DNA from: Myxococcota bacterium | GTDB taxonomy: Bacteria; Myxococcota; JACRCW01 | NCBI GenBank assembly: GCA_040752415.1 | Contig: JBFMGU010000275.1 | Coordinates: 1 to 13,863 of the forward strand | Length of the DNA: 13,863 nucleotides | Direction: 5' to 3' | In this document: piece after piece, positions 6,728 to 13,863 of the stretch | Numbering within the stretch: the first letter of the stretch is position 1 | Layout of the letters: the number at the start of each line of letters is the position of its first letter | Position numbers and translations under genes: made by a program | The notes under the pieces: generated by a model | The model's database searches: none | What the model was told of the DNA's origin: nothing | The model's input: the letters and a program-made list of their open reading frames with translations, nothing else

Positions 6728-7435
6728 TCACCGCGACGGCAGCGCCTCGCGCATGTAGGGCTCCAGGTACCAGTGGGTCAGGCGCGCGTGGAGCGCCAGT
6801 GTCTCGTCGCGGAAGTGGCGGAGCGTGGCGCCCTCACGCGAGCTGACCAGGACCTTGCGCAGCGTGGTGTCGTCGTAGTGCTCCACGACAATCCAGCGCA
6901 GGTAGGGCATCTCCGTGAAGCGCTCCAGGCTGACGCGGCGGATGGCGTCGCGGGCAATGCGCACGTGGCCCTCCTCGGTGCGGATGAGCAGCGCGTCCTC
7001 GCTGATGGAGAGGAAGCCCACGTTGTCGTCGGTGTCCAGGCGCGGCGTGAGCAGCTTGGCCGTCACCGTGTTGTTCTCCGCCAGGCACAGGCCCACGAAG
7101 AGCTCGTTGGGCCGCGCGCCACCCAGGCGGCCGGCAAGCTCCGCGCGCAGCGCGCCATTCCCCATCCCGCTGGTGCGGTTGATCACCGACCACAACGTCG
7201 CCAGCACCACCGGCGCGGCCACCAACGGCGCCGCCGGTCCAAGCGCCAGGCCGCTGACCACCACCGTGGCCGCACCCGCCACCAGCGCGGTGGTCTGCAG
7301 CGCAATGGCCGGCGCGCCGCGACTCAGCCGGTGCTGTCCAAACACCGACGTGGCAGGACTGACGGGAAGCTCCGGGAGAACCAGCGCCACGTCGGCGCCG
7401 GAGGAGGAAACAACTTGGGAGGGCAGGCGCACCAT
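6728..7435 (-). CDS. Hypothetical membrane protein (N-terminal hydrophobic hairpin, C-terminal possibly PH-like domain)
   Basis: Hydrophobic stretch ALVAGAATVVVSGLALGPAAPLVAAPVVLATLWSVI, then beta-rich VGFLSISEDALLIRTEEGHVRIARDAIRRV and a terminal helix. Start is ATG 7435 or GTG 7444. Confidence 0.65.
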   Translation of the reverse strand: MVRLPSQVVSSSGADVALVLPELPVSPATSVFGQHRLSRGAPAIALQTTALVAGAATVVVSGLALGPAAPLVAAPVVLATLWSVINRTSGMGNGALRAELAGRLGGARPNELFVGLCLAENNTVTAKLLTPRLDTDDNVGFLSISEDALLIRTEEGHVRIARDAIRRVSLERFTEMPYLRWIVVEHYDDTTLRKVLVSSREGATLRHFRDETLALHARLTHWYLEPYMREALPSR

Positions 7436-7548
7436 GGGGCCCACCCCGCTTCAGGCTGGCGCGAACTCTAACAGCCGGAAGATGCGCTGACATCGTGGGA
7501 TGTCCGGCGGACGGCGCGCGCACCGTTCCCGACCTTCCCGCACCACTC

Positions 7549-7672
7549 AGGGGCAGTCGGGGAATCCCCACAAGGGAGTCAGGAGTCAGAAGTCAGAAGG
7601 GGGTGCCGTGACGACGAAGGGCGAGCACTTCTGGCTTCTGGCTTCCTTTCCTGGGATTTGCCGACAGACCCT
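7549..7672. repeat. ~124-nt imperfect inverted repeat containing tandem heptamers (RAGTCAG x3 / CTTCTGG x2)
   Basis: Inner stem 7582-7599 pairs with 7628-7645 (18 bp, 3 G-U pairs on the + strand). Outer pairs AATCCC/GGGATT, GTCGG/CCGAC and AGGG/CCCT extend to the permease stop codon. Confidence 0.7.
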
Positions 7673-10233
7673 CACTCCTCGGCGAGGGCTTCCTTGATGT
7701 CCAGGCGGCCTGCCCGTCGGGCGGGGACCAGCGAGGCAAAGCCGGCGGCCAGCACGCTGATGGCAAACGCCTCACCCACCGTGCGCCACGGCACCGCAAA
7801 GGGCAGGGACCAGCCGGTGGACTGCACGTTGATCACCATGACGAAGATGTACCCGAACGCCAGCCCGCCGACGGTGGCCATGATGGCGCCCCCCAGCCCG
7901 AGCATCATGGCTTCCAGCACCATGAGCAGGTTCACCTGGTTGCGCAGCGTTCCAATGGCGCGCAGCACGCCAATCTCACGGGTGCGGTCCAGGACGCTGG
8001 CCAAGAGCGTGTTGATGATGCCCAGGAGCGCCACCAGCAGCGCCACCAGCTGGATGGCGGAGGTGATCTTGAACGCGTTGTCGACGAGGCCGCCCACGTA
8101 GTCGCGGAATTCCTGGTTGGTGACGACGTTGAGCCCGTACTTGCGCCCCACCGTGGCCGCCAGCTCCTTGCGCACCGCTTCGAGGTTCGCGCCCGGCTTC
8201 AGGTAGAGCTGGAACATGTCCACCAGCGTGTCGCCGAAGGCTTCCACGTAGGTCTGGCGGTCCATCAGCGCGAAGCCCTGGTCGGAGGTGAAATCCACCG
8301 CCACGGCGAGGATGGGGAACGCGCGCGGTCCGTCGGGGGTGCCCAGCACCAGGCTGTCGCCGGCCTTGAGGCCCTTCTTCTGCGCCAGGTTCTCACTGAT
8401 GGTCACGCCGCCGGTGCGACGCAGCATGTCGCCCTCGATGCGCGAGGGACCGTCGCGGATGATGAGCCGCGCCCGCTCGAAGAACACCTCCGACTCCTGG
8501 CTCACCACCTGGATGGTCAGGTCCTCGTACGGGATCTGCGCCATGCGCACGTGGAAGACCTTGTCGACGCCGGGGATCTTCTCGATTCCGTCGCCCAGCT
8601 CCGGCTTGAGCGGGATGTTCTTCTGGTCGGCGAGCTGGCTGCCGGCGGAGACGAACAGGTCCGAAGGCACGGAGGCCTGCAGCCATGCATCCATGGTGAC
8701 CTTGAAGCTGTGCACCATGCTGCCCACGCCAATGGACAGCGCCAGGCCGAACATCAGCGCTGCGCTGGTCACCGACGCGCGGGAGAGGTCGCGCACCAGG
8801 TTCTCGGCGGCCAGGTGGCCCACCACGCTGCCCAAGCGCGTGGCCAGCGGCTCCATCACGATCTTCACGCCGTGCAGGATGAGCGGGCCCATCAGCGCGG
8901 TGCCCAGGAGGACCATGAAGCTGCTGAGGTACCCGAACACCGGCATGCCCTGTGGCGCGGGCAGGTTGGAGACGGGGAAGGAGAGCACGTAGCCCACCAG
9001 GCCAATGGCGAAGAGCATCAGGGGATGCTTGGGCGGAGCGGAATGCGTGGCGCGACCCGCCAGCACGATGACCGGCGACAGTCCCGCCGCCTTCCACGCC
9101 GGGCGCGTGGCACCCACAATCGCGCAGCCCAGCCCGAGGAGGAACCCCACCAGGGCCAGCGTGGGAGAGACCTCGGCGCCGGTGGGCTTCACCTCCACGT
9201 ACAGCGCGCTGATCGCGTCGGCGACGATGCCGAGCGCCAGGTGCGCCATCCCCCGCCCGATGAAGACGCCCAGGATGCCCCCCAGCATGCCCAGGATGGC
9301 CGCCTCCCCCGCGACAAGCAGGGTGACGCGCAGCCGCGTGGTGCCCAACGCGCGCAGCGTGGCCAGCTCCCTCCTCCGCTGCAGGATGGCAATGGCCATG
9401 GTGTTGAACACCACGAACACGCCGACGAGGAGCGCCACCGCGCTGGTGAGCTGCAGGCCGGTCTGGAGCGCAAAGACCATGCGGCTGACGCGCACGCCGC
9501 GGTCCTTGGGGCGGTCGACCACGAAGCCGCTCTTGGTGGCGGTGCGGATGCGGTCGCGCACCACCTCGGGCTTCTCGGTGTCCACCACGTCGACGTCAAT
9601 GCGGTCATACCGGCCCACCTTGCCAAAGGTGAGCTGCGCGGCGTCCATGCCCATGATGCCCACGTTGCCGCCGAACGCCTTGGCCGCGCCGGTGGGGGCC
9701 AGCAGGCCGAACACCTCGAACTCCAGCGGTCCGCTCGGCGTCACCAGCTTGATGGTCTGGCCCTTCTGCAGCTGCCGGCTCTGCGCGTAGGGACCCGCAA
9801 TCAGGATGGCGCGCGGGCTGTTCAGGAAGGCCACCTCGTCGTCGACGATGTTCTTCCCGCCTTCCTTCTCGGCCAGGCCGCGGAAGGGGTCGTCGGCCAG
9901 GAAGTCAATGCCCAGCACGAGGATGCGGTCGCCCGTCTCCGGGTCCTGCACCGTGTTCTCCAGCAGCGGGGATGCGCTGGCCACACCCGGCACCTCGCGC
10001 ACCACGTCGAGCACGGAGTCCGGCACGCCCGCCTCCCCGGCGCTGATCTGCAGATCCGTCCCGCGGGAGATGGACTCCACCATGTTGTTGAACGCGTCGA
10101 GCACCGCGCCGTTGAGCGCCGTGATGCCCACCACCGCCGAGACGCCAATGGAGATGCCCAGCAACGTCAGCAGGCTGCGCACCTTGGCCAGGGCCAGGTG
10201 GCGTGCCGCAATGAGTCGGAGGACGGTGAGCAT
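7672..10233 (-). CDS. ABC transporter permease, MacB/FtsX family (two periplasmic-core + FtsX repeats), 853 aa
   Basis: RSLLTLLGISIGVSAVV, QRRRELATLRALGTTR, DRTREIGVLRAIGTLRNQV and PARRAGRLDIKEALAEE are typical MacB/FtsX motifs. Lies downstream of its ATPase. Confidence 0.92.
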   Translation of the reverse strand: MLTVLRLIAARHLALAKVRSLLTLLGISIGVSAVVGITALNGAVLDAFNNMVESISRGTDLQISAGEAGVPDSVLDVVREVPGVASASPLLENTVQDPETGDRILVLGIDFLADDPFRGLAEKEGGKNIVDDEVAFLNSPRAILIAGPYAQSRQLQKGQTIKLVTPSGPLEFEVFGLLAPTGAAKAFGGNVGIMGMDAAQLTFGKVGRYDRIDVDVVDTEKPEVVRDRIRTATKSGFVVDRPKDRGVRVSRMVFALQTGLQLTSAVALLVGVFVVFNTMAIAILQRRRELATLRALGTTRLRVTLLVAGEAAILGMLGGILGVFIGRGMAHLALGIVADAISALYVEVKPTGAEVSPTLALVGFLLGLGCAIVGATRPAWKAAGLSPVIVLAGRATHSAPPKHPLMLFAIGLVGYVLSFPVSNLPAPQGMPVFGYLSSFMVLLGTALMGPLILHGVKIVMEPLATRLGSVVGHLAAENLVRDLSRASVTSAALMFGLALSIGVGSMVHSFKVTMDAWLQASVPSDLFVSAGSQLADQKNIPLKPELGDGIEKIPGVDKVFHVRMAQIPYEDLTIQVVSQESEVFFERARLIIRDGPSRIEGDMLRRTGGVTISENLAQKKGLKAGDSLVLGTPDGPRAFPILAVAVDFTSDQGFALMDRQTYVEAFGDTLVDMFQLYLKPGANLEAVRKELAATVGRKYGLNVVTNQEFRDYVGGLVDNAFKITSAIQLVALLVALLGIINTLLASVLDRTREIGVLRAIGTLRNQVNLLMVLEAMMLGLGGAIMATVGGLAFGYIFVMVINVQSTGWSLPFAVPWRTVGEAFAISVLAAGFASLVPARRAGRLDIKEALAEE

Positions 10234-10246
10234 GCGCGCGGCTGCC

Positions 10247-10957
10247 TCACTGCACCTGGGCGGGCTGACCGCTCTTGTGCAGGACGTCGCTGACCACCTC
10301 TCCGTCCTTGATGTTGACCTGGCGGTCCGCCTTCAGCGCCGCGTTGGCGTCGTGCGTGACCATCACAATGGCCACCCTCCGCTCGTCGCACGCCTCGCGC
10401 AGCAGCTGCAGCACCTCCGCGCCGCTCTTGCTGTCCAGGTTGCCGGTGGGCTCGTCGGCCAGGAGGATGGGCGGGTCGGTGATGAGGGCGCGCGCAATGG
10501 CCACACGCTGCTGCTCTCCGCCGGACATCTGGCTGGGCTTGTTGTTGAGCCTCCCGCCCAGGCCCACGCGCGTGAGCAGCTCCTTGGCCTTGGGGGAGAC
10601 GTCACCCAGCGTCTTGCCGGCCAGCAGCGCCGGGAGGCACACGTTCTCGATGGCGGTGAGCGTGGGCAGCAGGTTGAAGAACTGGAAGATGAAGCCAATG
10701 CGGTCACGACGCAGGCGGGTGAGCGCGTCGTCATCCAGTTTGGCAATGGGCTGCCCGTCGAGGATCACGTCTCCGCTGCTGGGCCAGTCCAGCGCGCCCA
10801 CCATGTGCAACAGCGTGCTCTTGCCGCTGCCGGAGGGTCCCATGATGGCCACGAACTGGCCCGGAGGCACGACGAGGTTCACCCCGCGCAGGGCGCGCAC
10901 GGCGGCATGGCCCTCGCCGTAGGTGCGGTGGACGTCACGGAGCTCGATGATGGACAT
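10247..10957 (-). CDS. ABC transporter ATP-binding protein (LolD/MacB/FtsE-like)
   Basis: Walker A GPSGSGKST, Q-loop region IGFIFQFFNL, signature MSGGEQQRVAIARAL, Walker B ILLADEPTGNLD, H-loop VTHD. Start assigned to ATG 10957 (MSIIELRDV). Confidence 0.95.
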   Translation of the reverse strand: MSIIELRDVHRTYGEGHAAVRALRGVNLVVPPGQFVAIMGPSGSGKSTLLHMVGALDWPSSGDVILDGQPIAKLDDDALTRLRRDRIGFIFQFFNLLPTLTAIENVCLPALLAGKTLGDVSPKAKELLTRVGLGGRLNNKPSQMSGGEQQRVAIARALITDPPILLADEPTGNLDSKSGAEVLQLLREACDERRVAIVMVTHDANAALKADRQVNIKDGEVVSDVLHKSGQPAQVQ

Positions 10958-11271
10958 GGTCGGGTCGCTCAGGTGCTTTCTGGGGAGGGGTGCGCCCAAG
11001 ACGCCTGCTCCCGCCCACGGCGCCGCTCTCTAGCACGGCTGTCCCGAGGACAAAGGGTTGGGCAGGGGCGCATGGACGGGGACCTTTATCGGCCGAGGGT
11101 GGTGTCCGCCATGGCCGGGTTGGAGCGCACCCCCTGCGCGTCGACAGCGCCCCCCACCGCGCACGCGGATCCCGGTCCCGCCCGGCGTGGGCCGCGTCGG
11201 GGTGGGCGGGGGATTGGGCCCGGCGGGAGTTGTCCGGTAGTCTCCGAGTGCGCCTCGCGCCTCTCCTGCCC

Positions 11272-12489
11272 ATGCCCCATCCGCTCCTCCACATCACCGC
11301 CGTGCGCCTGCTGGAGCGGGACGAGAACGTGCACCCGCTGGTCTCGGAAGCGGTGCGGCGTCGACGCGGCCTGGCGCTGCTGGGCGCGCTCCTCAGCGAC
11401 CTGCCGCGCTTCGGCGCGATTTCCAAGCGGGGCGGCCTGGGACAGCTGGCGCGAGGGTTGCCAGGGGCGGAGCTGCGCGACCGGCTGCACGGGCGTGGCG
11501 CCGTCAACCTGGGCCTGGAGCTGATGAAGAACGAGGGCGAGCTGGGCCCGCTGGCCAGGCTGGCGCTGGGGGTGGGCTACTTCAGCCACGCGGCGCTGGA
11601 CAGCGCGCTGCACCCGGTGGTGGACCTGCTGGTGCGCAAGGACCTGGAGCTGGCAGGGGGCGAGGCGGAGGTCTGGCACGCCCGCGCGGAGCTGTTCCAG
11701 ATGCTGCACTTGCACCAGCGCCTCTCCGGCCGCGACCCCGACGAGGATCCCGAGCTGTGGCGCTGCACGCGGCTGGAGGAGGTGGACCAGCTTGACCGCG
11801 CGCTCTTCCACGTGGCCACGGTGGTGGCACGTGTGCTGGGGGACGGGCCGGGTGAGGAGGCGTGGCGCGGATTTGTCGACGGACTGGGGCGGTACGCGGC
11901 GCTGGTGCAGGGCAAGCTGCGCAAGGCGGAAGGCGGCAAGGAGGATGAGGACGACGCGCGCTCCCGCTACGTGACCGGCTGCAACCTGGAGGAGAAGTTC
12001 ATCCACGCGCAGGCGCGTGCGGTGGCGTGGACGGGGCGGCTGGGGCTGGCGTTCGAGCCGGGTGAGCTGGAGGACCTGGGCCTCACCGCGCTGCGCACCT
12101 GGTTCCCCGACGGGAGCGTGTCTGGTCCGGAGGATCCCTTCACGGCGCTGGTGCCGGGCCCGGAGGTGGCGGCGCACCGCGATCACGCGCGGCAGTACCG
12201 GGCGCAGGCCGACGCGCACAACGCGCAGGATCACACGGCGGTGGGCGCGCGCGCGGTGGAGGCCCAGGAGAACACCGCCGACGAGGTGGAAGCGGATCCC
12301 ATTCCGGAAGAGGAGCTGCCGGCCCCCGCCGCGCCGCCCCCGCGCCCGTCGCCAGACGAGGCCACCGGGTGGAACCTCTCGACGGGTGGCCCCGCTGATC
12401 CGGTGACCGCCGCGCTTGCCGACGAGGCCCCCGCCGCCGGAAACGCCGTCCGCGAGGCCATGAGGCCAGCGGGCCGCGTGCCCAAGTGA
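11272..12489 (+). CDS. Zinc-dependent phospholipase C/P1-nuclease-like family protein with acidic disordered C-terminal tail, 405 aa
   Basis: MPHPLLH N-terminus, LLGALLSDLP, LHGRG, GVGYFSHAALDSALHPVV (GYxxHxxxDxxxHP) and WHARAE follow the Zn_dep_PLPC pattern. Start assigned to ATG 11272. Confidence 0.65.
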   Translation: MPHPLLHITAVRLLERDENVHPLVSEAVRRRRGLALLGALLSDLPRFGAISKRGGLGQLARGLPGAELRDRLHGRGAVNLGLELMKNEGELGPLARLALGVGYFSHAALDSALHPVVDLLVRKDLELAGGEAEVWHARAELFQMLHLHQRLSGRDPDEDPELWRCTRLEEVDQLDRALFHVATVVARVLGDGPGEEAWRGFVDGLGRYAALVQGKLRKAEGGKEDEDDARSRYVTGCNLEEKFIHAQARAVAWTGRLGLAFEPGELEDLGLTALRTWFPDGSVSGPEDPFTALVPGPEVAAHRDHARQYRAQADAHNAQDHTAVGARAVEAQENTADEVEADPIPEEELPAPAAPPPRPSPDEATGWNLSTGGPADPVTAALADEAPAAGNAVREAMRPAGRVPK

Positions 12490-12508
12490 GGTCTGCGGGC
12501 AGCGCGTC

Positions 12509-13414
12509 ATGAATGCCGTTCTCTACGTCGTCATGGTGGCCATCTGGTCCACCACGTGGCTGGCCATCCACGTCAGCCATGGCGCGTTCTCGCCAGCGTG
12601 GGGCGCGGCGCTGCGCTTCGTGGTGGCCGCGACGCTGATGTTGCCCCTGACCCGGCCGCGCAAGGGCAGGGCGCCGTGGGGGTTGGCCGTTCTCGTCGGG
12701 ATGTTGGGCTACACGTTCAACTACACGGCCAGCTACGGCGCGGTGAGCCTGCTCCCCTCGGGGACGGCGGCCATGATGCTCTCCTCTGCGCCGCTCTTCA
12801 CCGCGCTGTGGGCGCGCATCCTCATCCCCGGCGAGCCGTTGCGCACCAGCTCGGTGGTGGGGCTGATGCTCGCGGTTTCCGGCGTGGCGGTGGTGCAGAA
12901 GGCCATCACGCTCCCGGCTTCCGGACTGGCCGCGGCGCTCTTCTACGTGGCATTGGGCACGCAGAGCCAGGCGCTCTCCACGGTGGTGGCACGTCGCTAC
13001 GGCCGGGAAGGCGTGGACAGCGTGGCGTTGACCGCGCGCTCCATCCTGATGGGCACGGTGGGCCTGGTGGCGCTGGCGTTTCTCCGCGAGGGGACGCCGT
13101 GGGGGATGCTCGGCGCGGCTTCCCGTGAGGCGTGGGGCGCGGTGGTCTACCTGGCCGTGGCCGGGACCTGCGTGACGTTCACCATCTTCTACCTGCTGGT
13201 GCAGCGCCTGGGGCCCATCCTGCCTTCCACCGCTGGCGTGGTGTGCCCGGTGCTGGCGCTGCTGTTTGGCGCGGTGGTGGGCGGGGAGCCGCTGACGGCC
13301 CAGCACGGGCTGGCGGCGCTGCTCACCAGCGTGGGCGTGGGGATGACGCTGCTGCCCGCGCGCATGGCCCGCGTCCCGGCGCCCGTGAACGCCTCGGCCC
13401 CCGCCCGGGATTGA
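12509..13414 (+). CDS. EamA/DMT family transporter, 301 aa
   Basis: About 10 hydrophobic segments. Motifs IWSTTWLAI, AALRFVVA, PLFTALWARILIPGE, YLAVAGTCVTFTIFYLL and PVLALLFGAVVGGEPL fit two EamA repeats. Confidence 0.92.
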   Translation: MNAVLYVVMVAIWSTTWLAIHVSHGAFSPAWGAALRFVVAATLMLPLTRPRKGRAPWGLAVLVGMLGYTFNYTASYGAVSLLPSGTAAMMLSSAPLFTALWARILIPGEPLRTSSVVGLMLAVSGVAVVQKAITLPASGLAAALFYVALGTQSQALSTVVARRYGREGVDSVALTARSILMGTVGLVALAFLREGTPWGMLGAASREAWGAVVYLAVAGTCVTFTIFYLLVQRLGPILPSTAGVVCPVLALLFGAVVGGEPLTAQHGLAALLTSVGVGMTLLPARMARVPAPVNASAPARD

Positions 13415-13488
13415 GGGAGGCGGCGCGGGGGTGGATCTGGGATGCAAAGCCGTCTATAGGCTCCGGTCCCTCTTCGCGGGAAAGTGTC

Positions 13489-13863
13489 ATGACCGTCCTT
13501 CTGACCATCATCCATGTCCTGGTGTGCGTGTTCCTGACGCTGGTTGTGCTGCTGCAGCAGGGCAACAAGCAGGGCATGGGCGCTGCCTTTGGTGGCTCGT
13601 CGTCCACGGTGTTTGGTGGGCGTGGGGCCAACACGTTCCTCCAGAAGCTGACCGCGGCCGCGGCCGGGCTCTTCATGGTGACCAGCCTCACGCTGAGCTA
13701 CCTGTCCAGCCGCACCGGCAGCGCGTTTGACGACGAGGTCCCCGCTGCCGAGCAGACCGCGGCCCCGGATCCCAGCGCGCCCAAGACGGAGGCCCCGGTG
13801 AAGGAGGAGAAGCCCGCCGAACCCGCCGCCGGCCAGGAGGCCCCTCCCGCCATGGACCCCGGC
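13489..13863 (+). CDS. secG: Preprotein translocase subunit SecG (3' end beyond the window; absent from the ORF track)
   Basis: Manual translation: MTVLLTIIHVLVCVFLTLVVLLQQGNKQGMGAAFGGSSSTVFGGRGANTFLQKLTAAAAGLFMVTSLTLSYLS followed by an acidic Pro/Ala tail. This is the canonical SecG pattern. Confidence 0.95.
   Translation, partial: MTVLLTIIHVLVCVFLTLVVLLQQGNKQGMGAAFGGSSSTVFGGRGANTFLQKLTAAAAGLFMVTSLTLSYLSSRTGSAFDDEVPAAEQTAAPDPSAPKTEAPVKEEKPAEPAAGQEAPPAMDPG

Noticed and set aside
7500..7799. Small ORFs 7500..7697 and 7593..7799
   Set aside because: They merely translate the inverted-repeat element and overlap the permease end; no coding features.
10990..11271. N-terminal extension of ORF 10990..12489
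   Set aside because: Runs through the divergent intergenic region; the family-typical MPxxxxH start is at 11272.
8288..11524. Long plus-strand ORFs (8551..10293, 580 aa; 9806..11524, 572 aa; 9005..9790; 8288..8992)
   Set aside because: Antisense shadows of the GC3-biased ABC genes; no motifs and composition typical of shadow frames.
11086..13447. Long minus-strand ORFs 11086..12510 and 12140..13447
   Set aside because: Antisense to the PLC-like and EamA genes; Arg/His/Gln-rich shadow translations.
13432..13462. Candidate secG promoter TGGATC-N17-TATAGG
   Set aside because: Match to consensus is too weak to support as a feature.

Overview
A high-GC bacterial chromosomal segment. Gene content and style (long HPF, PtsN, a DUF6209-like protein, a MYXO-CTERM-like tail, DAG/DGG-rich lipoproteins) suggest Myxococcota/Deltaproteobacteria; this is inference. 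From left to right: (i) a tightly packed minus-strand cluster: FHA/TPR-like protein, small Cys-rich lipoprotein, secreted Ig-like protein whose C-terminal sorting signal appears frameshifted, FG-GAP/VCBS lipoprotein, and a possible truncated lipoprotein; (ii) a divergent hpf-ptsN pair with its own sigma70-like promoter and no adjacent rpoN, followed by a low-complexity/DUF6209-like gene; (iii) minus-strand MacB/FtsX-type ABC ATPase and permease, a ~124-nt heptamer-containing inverted repeat, and a membrane hypothetical; (iv) plus-strand Zn-dependent phospholipase C-like protein, EamA/DMT transporter and secG (truncated by the window edge and missing from the ORF track). I found no rRNA, tRNA, CRISPR array, transposase or integrase. 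No clearly new multi-gene system is demonstrated. The best leads are the out-of-frame sorting signal, an SD-sequestering inverted repeat overlapping a candidate promoter, the strand-biased heptamer hairpin and the FHA-linked surface-protein cluster. All family calls come from motifs read by eye, not from database searches.
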